The notes: generated by a model from the sequence alone, not told the origin. A stretch of 64,000 nucleotides of DNA from Azolla caroliniana (GCA_043228905.1 JBHGNT010000008.1:17236001-17300000); one strand, 5' to 3'; counted from the first letter of the stretch, positions 22,490 through 36,381 are shown. A program made the numbers and translations.

Positions 22490-23915
22490 GGAGACAGGTA
22501 TTATAAATATGACCCCTCTGTGCATTATGTCATGTTGTTAGATGAGGGTGAACCTATTACTTATAAGGAGGCAATGTAATGGGAACTTAACAGTAAGTGG
22601 GAGCTTGTAATGCAAGAAGAAATAAAATCTTTGTATGCAAATGATACTTGGGATCTTGTGTCCTTACTCGAAGGAAGGAAAGCTCTTCCAAATAAGTGGG
22701 TTTATAAGGTAAAGAAAATTGAAGGGAAACCAAAATACAAGGCAAGATTACTTGCCAAGGGTTATGCATAGAAGGAAGGGGTATCAACTTCCAAGAGGTC
22801 TTCTTTCCTGTTGTGAAGATGACCACACTTCGTGTGCTATTTGCTCTCATTGCAATGCTTAATTTGGAGTTGTACCAAATGGATGTAAAGACCGTTTTTT
22901 TGCATGGTGATATTGGTGAAGAGATCTACATGTCTCAGGGTTTTGTAGTCCCTAACAAGGAGCATTTGGTATGCAAACTAAAACGTAGCTTGTATGGCCT
23001 AAAACAAGTACCCTGATAGTGGTATAAGAAGTTTGCTACTTTTATGCTTTCTCAAGGCTTTGATCGTAGCTATACATATCATTGTTTATACACGAAAAAA
23101 GATATCGATGGCAGTCCCATCATACTTGTTCTATATGTGGATGATACGTTGTTAGCTAGGGAAAGAAAGACTAGTCTTGATGCTCCAAAAGATCAACTAA
23201 AATTGGTCTTATTTGTGAAAGATTTGGGAAATGTAGAGCATATTTTGGGCATGAGAATCAGTAGAAACTGAAAGGACAAATTATTGTTTTTGTCACAAGA
23301 AAAGTACATTGAAAAAATGCTTAATAGATTTAATATGGCAGAAGCAAAGTCCCTTGGAGTTCCTTTGCCGTCATATCTTAAACTTAGCAAGGTTGATTGT
23401 CCATAGGATGAGATGGAAGTCAATGCTATGAAGGGAATTCCTTATGCATCAACATGTGGTTCTCTAATGTATGTTATGGAAGCTACTCGTCAAGATATTG
23501 CTTATGCAGTGGGAGTTGTCAGTCGCTATATGTCTAATCCCAACAAAGCACATTGGGAGGCTGTCAAGTGTGTTTTCAAGTATCTTGAAGGTACACAGAG
23601 AAAATGTTTATGCTATGGGAAGGGCACATTAAGTTTGCAGGGATATTGTGATGTAGACATGGTAGGTGACTTGGATACATGTAAGTCTACCAATGGGTAT
23701 ATATTTACAGTTGCTGGTGGAGCAATGTCTTGGTGTTCCAAATTACAAAAGATTGTAGCACTGAGTACTACTGAAGCTGAATATATTTCAACTATAGAAG
23801 CTTCAAAGGAAGCTATATGGCTCAATAGACTTGCTGAAGACCTTGGCATGTCTGTTAGTACTCCTGTGTTAGGATGTGATAGCTAGAGTGTTGTGTATCT
23901 GGCTAAGAATGCCAT
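22490..23915 (+). pseudogene. Copia family-A-like RT/RNase H fragment (second copy)
   Basis: Start is similar to 9240-9830. Motifs QMDVKTVFLHG, LVLYVDD, GYCDVD, ALSTTEAEY and CDS; multiple stops. Confidence 0.88.
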
Positions 23916-26639
23916 GAACCAAAATTTGGAATCCCCTGCTTAGGAAACCTATAATTGACAATAGGATTCCCAACCATGTTGATTATACCGTCTCTAATTG
24001 TGTAAGTACCCTAGCAACATAAGTGTTACCAGTACAAGGCATAATCTAGTAGTAGAAAGTGGCCAAAAATAAGAAATGAGTATGCACATTTTATTTCATA
24101 TTCTAATAACGAAAAAGACAATCATCTCCATTTGTACTTTGTTAATCATCGAGGTAAACATTACAAACATAGAGAGATGGATTAGTTTATTCAAAGAGAC
24201 AAGGGTAGGTAATGAAACTGCAAAGATGAAAATCACACTAGCATACATCTACTATGAGAAATTAGATATAATAAACTCATTGGATTTCTATCTCACACTT
24301 ATATATCATTACAATATTGGCCGCAACATCGAAAAGGTCAAGTTATATATGGGGCATAGTGATGGTTATAACCTCCCCCCCTCCCACCAGACTACCCACA
24401 TCACTCGAGACATGGCATTTGTTTGAGGATATGATCCTCAAGGTAGATTATAGTACTCATAAAACATGTCACTGCTTCTAATTTGATACACAAACAAAGT
24501 GAGGAGAGTTCTTGGTATATGCCAAACCTCATATTGACTTTAACATGGTAGCAATTTGCTTTGGTTTATGTGCAACCGAGTATATAAGGTTTATAGGTAG
24601 TGTATATGGTTCACAAAACCTAATGAATATGAAGTCGTTGTGCAAATAATGGTCAATTTGTTTGAGCAAAGTGGGTGGCTGATTCCTAGAACCACGTTGT
24701 TGATTTTAAAAAACATTGATGAAGATATCGACATGTTGGGTGTCATTTGGTATTTGAGCTTTGGAACCATCATGTGCAAATAAATGTAACTAAATTTCGA
24801 GCAAAGTAAAAGTATGTGAACAAAGTTTTGAGTGCAAAAGAGGAGGAAATATATGTATGTGTGATCATCTATGAATGAATGAAAAAAGTATGAAAGAGCT
24901 TAAAGTTAAAAAACTATGCACATGAGGCATGGTGGAGGAAATGGTTAGGTAACAAAAAGTGTATGCATGAAATTGGGTGTACAAAAGAAATTTTGTGCGG
25001 TGAAAAACAGAGAAGAAAATACATTACAACATTGTCCAAGTCATATGAGCATTGAAGGGCAAAGATAATGGCTTGTTGGTGATGGTGAAACCAGGTGAAA
25101 CCAGAGTTTCATGGCGAGGGTGGGAAGTGGTAATGAAATGGATGTTGGAATGTGGACAAGGGCATAGATGGAAGTACCTGAGATATAAAAGTTGCTACAT
25201 TTGCAAATGATGATTGGTGTATTGGTCAACGATGATATCATTGTAGTGAGGAAGAGTGGTGTTAGCAACCAAAGCTACATATGAATCCTTTTATATTGTC
25301 ATGATCATCTTGACAAACATAGTTGTGGGCCATGACAATCACAATACTTATGGGGTCATCAAGCCATTGTAATGAAATCTACATATCCCAAAAAGGCTTT
25401 ACACAAGGTTTACACCCACACTAGATGTAGATATATGTACTTGCATAGCCACGAAGTTTATTGTATGCTTGGGATTTAGTGCCAAGCTAGCATATGGGGT
25501 TTTGTGCTAATGATTTAACTATCACAATTGGATTGTGTGAACTAGGGAGCCAACAAGCATCAACTTTTTAGCCTTTGCCATCCTTTTTATTTCTCCAGAT
25601 CGCATCATCTCTCACATATGTTGTAATCTCGTATTTCTCTAATAATATAATGACCTATTATTTATTGTTCAACTTAATCTTAATGTCGTTACTAGAAATG
25701 CTCTCACAATAATATTGTTCCCAGTATGTATTTGATCCTCTGAATATCTTATGTGCAACTAGGAGGGCAAATCTCCCACGTGAACGTCTTATAGATCACA
25801 ATTGGTCATTGTGGACATTAGTCTAACTATCTATCAAGTATGTGAAGTAGGTGCATAGGTTCAAGGATGAGGAGTGTGTTATTGGGTTGTATGACATATG
25901 CAACAATCAAAATTCAAACATTGTGTTAGCTCAAACTAACTTGCAAGTTTATTTTATTTTCAAGCTCTTCAGATAGGAGGTGCATGTACAATCGACATAC
26001 TAGAATATAAACCAAATGGTATGTGAGATAACTCAATGAAGTCCAATCTTATCTTGTTGTGTAACAGATGCCTTATGGTCACCTTATGGATTTGGAAGTC
26101 TCATAAGCAAAACAATAATTTTTCTTTTCATTGCCTATCTGTCTCTCTCTACCTCTCTAGACCAAACCCCCATCACCCTTGTTATCGACAAATCACGACC
26201 ATTATCATCGACACCCAAAGTCCTTCTCGCACTTTGGAGAACTCCTTGTCTTGTATTGGCCTGTGTTCGAGATCTTTCAAAGGCAAAAGTTTTATTGCAC
26301 CTAACTTAGATTGTTAAATTCTTAACTAACTAGTAACAACAATATACAACACCTTACATAATTTTACAAATTTAGACAATTTTAACGTGTAATATTTTAT
26401 TCAATCTCTTAGGCCATTTCAAACTGTTGAGTCTTAAAATGCTGTGATATATCTTTCTTGCTTTCTCTCTTACCACCTTCCCCTCCCAACGATGTTGGGT
26501 GATGAAAGTGGGGGAAGGGGGGTTGAAGAGGTTGAGATGAGAACTGTCAACACTAAAGGAGGGAGTTAAATTGATAGTTATGTGAGGTAAAACACTAAAG
26601 TAGAACATGCAAAGTAACTAATATAAGAATAAAAATACT

Positions 26640-27003
26640 AATAATAAACAATACAAGAAGATATTTCCAAATGCAAGAGATGAAAAAGAAAAACTTGTTT
26701 AAGCTCAAACCAAAATTAGCATGGGGACAACTCAAGGGTAAGAAAGAAGATTTAAAAGGCCACTTTACAAATGAAGAGATGTTAGACTATGTACAAAGGT
26801 TATATATGCATAAAAGGTGTGGCTCCTATGGTTGAGAAAATTGAAACACCATGCACTACATGTATCGATATTGATGATGTCAATAAGGGAATAAAGAAGA
26901 TGACAAGTGGGAAAGCAGCGGATGTAACCTACATTTCAAGTGAGCTTCTAAAATGGACAATGCCACATACTCATCATTGGATAATGACAATTATAGAGCA
27001 CGC
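26640..27003 (+). mobile_element. 5' piece of a LINE ORF2 (region just upstream of RT)
   Basis: DIDDVNKGIKKMTSGKAADVTYISSELLKW is the typical LINE pre-RT 'K..KA.G.D.I..ELLK' segment. It stops at an LTR-like start at 27004. Confidence 0.65.
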
Positions 27004-27037
27004 TATCGTGAAGATTCCAGGCCATCGGGGGAAACGT
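27004..27037. mobile_element. Start of an older Gypsy-lineage LTR (continues at 37103), target of copy 2
   Basis: tatcgtgaagatt is a decayed TGTCGTGAAGA terminus. Joined to 37103 onward, it resembles the left end of the 1335 solo LTR and the reverse complement of the 39328 LTR end. Confidence 0.55.
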
Positions 27038-27541
27038 TGTCGTGAAGATCCGTCACTAGGTGCGGATCGCGAGGCGGAACCGCCGGGGTTCTGGACCGGA
27101 AGGATCGAAGTTCGCACCAAGCTTAGCGAGAGAGTATTTAGGATAGATTGAGAGAGAGAAAGAGATTAAGATTAAACGCTTAACTTAGATTGAGAAAGAT
27201 TGATATGGCCAAGAGACGAGAAAGTACTTAAGCTAGATTGAAAGAGAGATTAAGATTGAACTCTTGATTTTAGATTTTAAGAGACAAGTTACACCATCAA
27301 TTCGATAACGAATTCTCTTCTTCATAATTTCATAACCAAAAAAAGCCTAACCCTTCTTCTTTTTTATCCCTTCTTTTATAGATGCTCTCATGTATATGAT
27401 GCATGTGAGGGTACAAGACATGCATAAAATGCATGTTTGCCATTTGGCGCTCATGTATTACATGTGGTGCATGACAACTTTAACTCTCAAGTATGAGAAT
27501 TTCTATGTAAAAGTACAATGATAGAAATATAAATTCAACTA

Positions 27542-27612
27542 AATGTCATGGCTTAGTGGTAAGCCTACTGACTCTTAACTAGGAGGTGTAAGGTTTGAAT
27601 CCTCACTTGCCC
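27542..27612 (+). pseudogene. tRNA-Lys(CTT)-like sequence inside the Gypsy 3' LTR
   Basis: A-box TGGCTTAGTGG, loop ctCTTaa and B-box GGTTTGAATCC at tRNA-like spacing. The acceptor stem does not pair. Confidence 0.55.
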
Positions 27613-30205
27613 TCCTTGTGTATATATATGTGATATATATTTATTTATTAATTTGGACGCCGGTTTGCCGGTCGTCGTCGATTACCGGATGACGCTGGTT
27701 CGTCGAATGTCGCCGGTTATCGCCGGATCGCCGCCGCCTCGCCGGTTCCGTCGGATGCCGATTCCACCGGATCCGCCGCCGCATCTCCGGCTTCGTCGAA
27801 TGCCGATACTGCTGGATCACCCATCGCCGGTTACCGTCCAGTTCCATTTTCGTTGGCCAAAACCTTTACAAGTGGCTAAGCCACCTCCACCCTTAGTTCA
27901 AGTTACCTTGAACTCTCTATGCTCAACACATAGACACAAAGATAATAGCTTTTGATCTACCTTATATATTATGAGAGTCGTATTTGTCGTGCCTATGTGG
28001 GATATCTCACAGTTTTCTCGTTTCCTTTCACAAACTTTATACCCTCATATCTTGACATCTAGTTGTCCGTTTCTCGTGTAATAAAGTGCATTCGGAGTAG
28101 ATGGACCGGCCAGCAAACGCTTCGGCAAATTCGTCCACGCTCGGACCGATTCCGGCATTTCGAATTGTCACCTTGTTCACGGGTTAAAGATCTTGGATGA
28201 ATCGCAATGACCCATTCTTCTTCGGCACCGTGAACCACCTATTGGAATAAGGAGCATTCGACGGTTCTAGAATTCCCATACTCACCTTCTCCTTTAAGAG
28301 CTCGATCAGCTTCGGAAGGTGTGCTCTCGGAACCGATATCAGTTTCGTATTCCAAGGCACATGAGGCACCGTGAAGATCACCATTGGCTCTATAACCTTT
28401 GGGTCGTCACATCTGATTTCTTGTGGGAAGAATGTGAAAGCCTTCCCATGTCTCTCAAGCATATCGCAAAACATTCGCTCCTCTTCAGGGAGAAGGAAAT
28501 CCTCCTTTCCAACTCGTAGCTTCCCCTTCGTCTCTTCGGTGAAAACATGACCTATCATCTTCGGATCTCTTAAGCTTGGATCGTTAGCGACTTCCTTCAT
28601 CTTTTGCCAGCTATCTTCCGGTAGCGGAACCGCAACTGGCTTGATCTTCCTATCCACCGTTTTATATTTTGTGTTGATGTCAGCTTCCTTCATTGAGATG
28701 CCATGACGGTATTCATCGATGATAACGTACATGTTGACGGAGTTAACCGAAATCACGCTTTGGTCGTGAAGATAGCTCAAGTCCACGACGTCCTCGATTT
28801 CACGGATGGTGTCGTTAAATGAGGCCTCTTCTATAATATGAGACACGAACTCTCATTCTTCTATCTTCTTTCAACATCTTCTAGAATTCTTGTATCTGAC
28901 GCTTGTCCTTCTTGTCGGGTAGTACTAGTTTACATGCGCCACTAGGTGTGACACATGTTGCTTCTCCTCACAATTCACGCACTCTTCTTACTTGTGGGGT
29001 CTTGTGATTGCTCAGACTATTTGTGCCCCATGCTTCAATAGTCCGCTCTAAAAATCCGGGATTCGCTTATAAGATTATCTCGATTCCTTTCATGATTGGC
29101 TCGCACCGTTAGGAATTGGACCAATCTTTGGTTGTCAAGACTCTTTATTCGTGCGAAGGCTGCTCCATTATCGAACACTTTGGTCTCCATCCAAGATAAT
29201 GTGATATACGGTTGCCCTAGGATGACAGGATGCGACGCCGATTCTTGTACGAAGAAGTGTTGATCCATCTCCACATCCCCGATCGTGACTTTGGCATTGG
29301 GACAAGCTCCGTACAAGTCCTCTGTAGACTTTGTTGCCGCGCGAATCTTCCATCCGTGGTTTGTATTGATTGGCCATCTTCCTTTTTTGTAGAAGTCGGT
29401 TGACATGAGGTTGATCTCTGAGCCGTGGTCGATCAAAGCTACCACGGTCTCTTTCTTCTCCTCGATCTTCACCGGCGTCTTCGTTGTCGCTCGTGCCCAA
29501 TGAGGTCGAGTATAGTGGTTGTCCATCATATCCTCATTGACTTCGTCTCTTGCCATCGTTATGGCATTCTTTTTTGCTTTTTGTAGCTTCTCTTCTTCCT
29601 CGTCTGATTGTTGTCTTTTTCTCTTTACAAGGTCCACGATCGCGTCATGGAACTCCGTAATGCCAAGCAATTCCCTCAAGGACAAAGTCATGTGGCTATC
29701 AAGAACTCGTTCTTCGAGAATCTTCTTTAGGTCCGTCGTCTGCTCTATGTCCGACCTTAGCTTATAGGTAGGCATAGTCCTTGTCCTCTGAGCGGGGTCT
29801 TCGACACTAACCTTCACGGGTCGAACCGTTTCTTTAACTCGTATGCTCAGCTCCCCTTTTCGGCTTGATGTTCCTCTGTTTGTAAAGGTCGACTCGTCTC
29901 CGAATCGTCCTTCTTTTTCGCGTTCCTTGTTTCATGTCTTTTTTATGGGCCTTGCTCTTCTATGCTTTTTCTCTTTTCTTCGACGAACACCTCGTGGTTG
30001 TCGCACATCACCTCCGCGAGTATGGTGTTGTCGTCCACCGGATTCGACCACCCGGTTATGCTTTGTACGCTTCGGTCCGCAAGCTCTACTTCGTTCGAAG
30101 TGACTTTTCCCTTTTTCTCATATTCAAGAACGGAAGTCCAAAACTTTGCTCCCGCTCTAGCAGCTTCAGTCTTGTCTTTCCCGACTCTTATTCCGGCGGA
30201 CGTAG

Positions 30206-33200
30206 TGTTGGGATTACGGTTCCTTCGGATGGGATGGTCGGATATCGGAGATGAATGCCGACAAGCCCGGTTTCGGTTTCGGAACCGGATGATGAAGACC
30301 CCGGCTTCGGAGCCGGATGACGAATGTACCCGGAGCGAGATCCGGATGCGGGGACATATCTGTGAATATGTTTGCCAAGGGCCCTTGAGGCTATAGTTGT
30401 AAATAGCCCCAAAGTCATATGTGTATAAATATGACTTAGGGCAAACAGTTTTAATGTTGCTACTCATTTTTCTGTTTTTCCACTCAAGAGGAGTGAAGAG
30501 AGAGCAGCCGTGAGAGAGATAGAGCGTGAGAGAGGAGGAGGTCGACGCCTCTGTGTATTTCCGCCGCCTGTGGCGAGGACAACGAGCTCAAGGTCGTCGC
30601 CTTGCAGCTCGCCATTGTATATTTCTCTGTGCATAGTTTTGGTTTGGAGTCTTGTACTCCCGTGGTTTTTCCCGTCTAGGGTTTTCCACGTTAATCCCTG
30701 TGTATTCGTGTTCTTTCTCTGTGGTTCCTATTTTCTGCTGCATTGATTCGTGCTTACTCGGTTGTGGCCGAGTGGTGAAGGTTAATCGGAGCGTCGATTT
30801 CTCTACAAACTGGTATCAGAGCGACTGCTGCAGAAAATGGAAGGCGGCGGCAGCGGGCAGTCGGGGATGATGGTGCTGAATGCGCAGAATTACGCCGACT
30901 GGAAGATCAAGATGGAGGATCTTCTGATTGTTCGGGACCTGTACGAACCGATCGACAGGTCGGAAATACCGAAGGGGGTACTTGAGTCGGAATGGAGGCT
31001 TCTGAACCGGAAAGCCGTAGCAACCATTCGGCAATACGTAGACGTGAGCGTTCTACAACATGTGGCGAACGACACCAACGCATATGAGATGTGGCGGAAG
31101 CTGTCGGGCCTCTACGAGAGGAAGAATGCGTTGAACCGGACCTCCCTGATGAGGAAGATAGTGAACCTCAAGTACCGGGACGGCGAGAGTATGGTGGAAC
31201 ACGTAAGCACGTTCATGGGATTCGTGAACCAGCTTGTGGCGATCAAGTTCCCGTTGGAGGATGCAATGCAAGCCATCATCCTGATGTGTACATTGCCGGA
31301 AAGCTGGGAGAACTTGGTGGTGACTCTCAGCACCTCCTGCACCGAAGATAACTTGTCCCTACAAACGGTAAAGACAAGTATTTTGAACGAAGAAGCGCGT
31401 CGGAGAGATAAAGAACCGGCCTCCGATCCGAAGATGTTGTTTACCGAATCGGATCGGGGAAGACAACGGAACCGGAGTCCGCAAAGACGGGAGAAGTCGG
31501 GGACCCGGTCGCAGTCAAGAGGAAGACCCACATGCTTCCACTGTGGGAAGCCGGGGCACTTCTGAAAGAATTGTCGGCATTACCGAAAAGACAACGGAGC
31601 CGACGACACCGATTCGAAGAAGTCTTCGGAACGGAACGGTGCTTACCGGGGAGCCACGGACCGGAATGGTTCGGATCGGCGAGGGCAGGACAGGAAAGGA
31701 ACGACGACACTCGCGGCAAGTGAGGAAGAAATCATGCTCATCACTGAAGAAGGTGAGCTAAACATTGCCGGCGATGAGACGACCTGGGTGGTCGATTCCG
31801 GAGCGTCGTTCCACCTGACCCCGGAGAAGAAATACTTCTCATCCTACACAGCCGGTGAGCACGGCTGTGTTCGGATGGGAAATGAAGGTACGTGCCGGAT
31901 CGCCGGCATAGGAGACGTGTGGTTGACAACCTCGACCGGATGTAAAATGCTGCTGAAGGATGTCCGACACGTTCCGGAGGTTCGATTGAACCTTATTTCG
32001 GCCGGGAGGCTAGACGATGAAGGCTACACAGGTAGCATCCGGAACGGCGTAATGAAGTTCAGCAAAGGGAGCCTGATAGTGGCTCGGGCCCGGAAGATCA
32101 ACACACTGTACCTGATGAATGCCCGGTTATGTCCGGAAGAGCTGAATGTGGCAGCCGACACTGCCGGTGAGCTGTGGCACAAAAGACTGTGCCACATGAG
32201 TGAGAAGGGGATGAAGAGGCTTGCAGAAGACAACCTTATTCCAGTGAAGCATGTGCACCTGGAGAAGTGCACCGATTGCCTGGCCGGTAAGCAGAACCGA
32301 ACCTCCTTCCACTCAAGGCCACCGACGAGACGTAGCGCACCATTGGAGTTGGTGCACACCGATGTGTGTCAGGTAGAAACGAAGTCACATGGCGGAGCCC
32401 AGTACTTCGTAACATTCATAGATGATCATAGCCGAAGACTGTGGACGGCACCGATGAAGACAAAGGACCAAGTGTTGTCCGTCTTCAAAGAACTCCACGC
32501 GAGAGTGGAAAGAGAATCCGGCAAGAAGCTGAAAGCGATACGAGCGGATAACGGAGGGGAATACCGGGGACAGTTCCAGGAGTACTGTCGCTCGAAGGGA
32601 ATCCAGCTCGAGTTTACTGTGCCGAAGACGCCGGAACTGAACGGGCTGGCCGAGAGGATGAATCCGACCATAATGGAGAGGGTCCGGAGTATGCTGGCGC
32701 ATGCGGAATTACCCAAGGGGTTTTGGGCTGAGGCGATGTCAACGGCGACATACGTGATAAACAGATCACCCTCAGTACCTTTGGACGGAGACACGCCGCA
32801 GAGAGTGTGGACCGGTAGGGAAGTATCCTACCGGCATCTGAAGGTGTTCGGGTGTCTCGCATACGTGCATGTGGCAAAGGACCGGAGAGGAAAGCTAGAT
32901 CCAAAGACCCGGCCATGCATATTCCTCGGTTACGGCGATGACGAGTTCGGCTACCGAGTATGGGACCCGGTCGACAAGAAGATATTCCGGAGTCGTGATA
33001 TCATCTTCATGGAGAACAAGACACTCGTCGACTGGGAGTCGGAGAAGAAGATGAAGAGCTCCAAGTCGACCGGTGAGGATCAACTCTACGAGGAGCAGTC
33101 CCGACCGGCAAGGGACCGGTTAGCACTCGAGGATCCGGCCGAAGACGGTGAAGAAACAGAACCGGCCGAAGAAGATGAAAATGATACCGGAACCGGCCCC

Positions 33201-34805
33201 GATCCCGAAATAGATTCGAATGAAGAAGAATCGGAAGAACCGGTTACCGAAGCTCCGGAACGGAGATATCCTCTAAGAGAGAGAAGGGGCCCCCGGAGAT
33301 TACCGGAACCAGAGCACCTGTTGCTAACCGACGAGGGGGAGCCGGAGAGCTTTGAAGAAGCAAAGCATGACACCCAGAGCCGCAGGTGGTTGAGTGCCAT
33401 GCAGGACGAGATGGATTCCCTGCATGAGAACCACACATATGAACTTGTGGAGTTGCCGAAAGGAAAGCGGGCACTTCGAAACAAGTGGGTGTTCAAGCTG
33501 AAACCGGGAGATGCCGGAAACCCCCCGAGATACAAAGCCAGGATCGTGGTGAAGGGGTTTCAGCAAAAGAAGGGCGTCGACTTCGACGAGATATTTGCCC
33601 CGGTAGTGAAGATGACCTCCATCCGGACGGTGCTGAGCATAGCGGCCAAGTGGATACTCCGATACCTGAAGGGCACGGCAAACGTGTGCCTTCGATTCGG
33701 CTCCGGTAAGCCCGAACTCGATGGCTTTACCGATTCGGATATGTCGACTGATGCAGATACCAGCCGGTCCACATCAGGGTATGTGATGACGTATGCAGGG
33801 GGAGTTGTTTCATGGCAGTCGAGGCTGCAGAAGACGGTTGCGTTGTCAACCACGGAGGCGGAGTACATGGCGGCTGTTGAAGCCGGCAAGGAAATAATAT
33901 GGATGAAGGACTTCATTAGAGAGCTCGGTATCCGACAGGAGGAGTACCGACTCTACTGCGACAGTCAGAGTGCAATCCACCTTGCGAAGAACGCAGCCTA
34001 TCACTCCCGGACGAAGCACATCCAGCGAAGATATCACTGGATCCGGGAAAGGATAGAAGACAAGGAGTTTGTGCTGACGAAGGTCCACACGGACGAGAAC
34101 GGGTCGGATATGCTGACCAAGGTGCTCACGCCCGACAAGCTGGAAGCATGCCGGAAGAGGATCGGATTGGAGAGACATCCCATGCCGAAGTGAAGGGGGA
34201 GTTTGTTGGGATTACGGTCCCTTCGGATGGGATGGTCGGATATCGGAGATGAATGCCGACAAGCCCGGTTTCGGTTTCGGAACCGGATGATGAAGACCCC
34301 GGCTTCGGAGCCGGATGACGAATGTACCCGGAGCGAGATCCGGATGCGGGGACATATCTGTGAATATGTTTGCCAAGGGCCCTTGAGGCTATAGTTGTAA
34401 ATAGCCCCAAAGTCATATGTGTATAAATATGACTTAGGGCAAACAGTTTTAATGTTGCTACTCATTTTTCTGTTTTTCCACTCAAGAGGAGTGAAGAGAG
34501 AGCAGCCGTGAGAGAGATAGAGCGTGAGAGAGGAGGAGGTCGACGCCTCTGTGTATTTCCGCCGCCTGTGGCGAGGACAACGAGCTCAAGGTCGTCGCCT
34601 TGCAGCTCGCCATTGTATATTTCTCTGTGCATAGTTTTGGTTTGGAGTCTTGTACTCCCGTGGTTTTTCCCGTCTAGGGTTTTCCACGTTAATCCCTGTG
34701 TATTCGTGTTCTTTCTCTGTGGTTCCTATTTTCTGCTGCATTGATTCGTGCTTACTCGGTTGTGGCCGAGTGGTGAAGGTTAATCGGAGCGTCGATTTCT
34801 CTACA
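30206..34805 (+). mobile_element. Young Ty1/Copia family-B element, structurally complete but RT-deleted
   Basis: 602-bp LTRs at 30206-30807 and 34204-34805 (TG...CA, one visible mismatch). 5-bp TSD CGTAG, PBS tggtatcagagc 30811-30822, PPT gaagggggag 34192-34201. Excision restores host Gypsy gag MHYAT|SAGIRV. Confidence 0.97.
30837..34193 (+). pseudogene. Copia gag-pol in a single frame with one nonsense codon (TGA 31563-31565) and an in-frame RT-core deletion
   Basis: ORFs 30837-31565 and 31734-34193 are in the same frame. The stop lies inside the zinc knuckle (CFHCGKPGHF*KNC). Protease WVVDSGAS, integrase and RNase H are present, but RT jumps VLSIAA|KWILRYLKG with no YVDD. Confidence 0.92.
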
Positions 34806-36310
34806 CGTAGCATAGTGCATCGCATTCACATGAGTCGCATCGGCATCCTTCATAGCTTTCTTCATTCCTCCTCTTCCGAAATTCACCTGTAGGGGTCTTC
34901 TAGTCTCGCTCGAGCAGATCATGTTGCCATCTATGTACACGATATTTTGTCGGATCGCCTCTCGAAGGCTCGCGCAATCCCTTCTCATGTGGTTCATGCT
35001 ATCGCACCACACACATCTAAAGGGTTCTTTTCCTTTGGGCCCCCAACGATTCATGTTGGCTAGCGTGACCTTCTCAAACTTCTTCGTTAGCTCTTCAATG
35101 ATGTCGTCATCAATCTTCTTTTCTTCTGGACTGCTTTGTTTGGGCGGCTCAACTACTTTCGGTTGTCTTGTTTTTTCCGCAACAGTCGATCCCGCCAAGT
35201 CGGTGTCATCAACCCACTGACGACGCTTGTCGAGCCTATTGCATGCTCGCTTTACCGCAACCCAGTCCGCCACAAGCCCGTTCACTTTGGTATCATCTTC
35301 GAGAAGAGTTCCCAATTCTTGTCTATCCTTCATGTCCACGGCCTTCAAGAAGTACAAAGTCTTGTCCTCTTCAAGCAACACTTGGTCCGTGTTGGGGAGA
35401 CGAATAAACATCTGGTCGAATTCATCGTACACCCTCCAGGCGCTCATCTTCTTATTCTTCTTCTTTATCCACTTCATCAGGGCATGTCGAGTCATCCTCA
35501 TTGAGTCTTCAGTCGCGAACTCTGCTAGTATCGTTTTCTCAAACTCAGACCATGTTGTCTTATCTTCTTGAAGCTCAATGACGCGTCTTTAGATGTTGTT
35601 GGCGACAACTCTCTTGAAGCTTGCGATTTGACGTGCTTCGAACACGTCCCTCTGATTCATCTCCCTTCTATATGTGTCAAGGAACTACGTAATGTTCCTT
35701 CGTAATGTTCCTTCAAGGAACACGATCGACAACCTTCTCCAGGCTCGCGTTGTTGTCCCGAGATCTCATCATTTGCTCAACGATTAGCATCATCCTTTCG
35801 AGCTCTCCCGCTTGATTACTTGAGGATGCCATCTCCAAGTATTAATCTCGTCTTGATCCTTCCTACCGCCTCTTTCATGTCGGGTTCACCACTTAATTAT
35901 GTCATGAAGATCCGTCACTAGGCGCGGATCGGGAGGCGGAACCGTCGGGGTTCTGGACCGGAAGGATCGAAGTTCGCACCAAGCTTAGCGAGAAAGTATT
36001 TAGGATAGATTGAGAGAAAGAAGAGAGATTAAGATTGAACTCTTGATTTTAGATTTTAAGAGACAAGTTACACCATCAATTCGATAACGAATTCTCTTCT
36101 TCTTAATTTCATAACCAAAAAAAGCCTAACCCTTCTTCTTTTTTATCCCTTCTTTTATAGATGCTCTCATGTATATGATGCATGTGAGGGTACAAGACAT
36201 TTGGCCCTCATGTATTACATGTGGTGCATGACAACCATGTCACTCATTTTAGCTCTCATATATGAGAATTTCCATGTAAAAGTACAATGATAGAAATATA
36301 AATTCAACTA

Positions 36311-36381
36311 AATGTCATGGCTTAGTGGTAAGCCTATTGACTCTTAACTAGGAGGTGTAAGGTTTGAATCCTCACTTGCCC
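36311..36381 (+). pseudogene. tRNA-Lys(CTT)-like sequence inside the Gypsy 5' LTR
   Basis: Near-identical copy of 27542-27612. Confidence 0.55.

Noticed and set aside
24000-26000. Decayed minus-strand non-LTR element
   Set aside because: Only vague resemblance; no motif could be read with confidence.
27542-27612. Functional tRNA-Lys gene
   Set aside because: The acceptor stem does not pair, the anticodon stem is weak and the B-box has TTT rather than TTC; kept only as tRNA-like.
29943-30467. Extra antisense or env-like ORF in the Copia element (also 34034-34465)
   Set aside because: These are chance read-throughs from LTR sequence into the flanking Gypsy gag or antisense pol.
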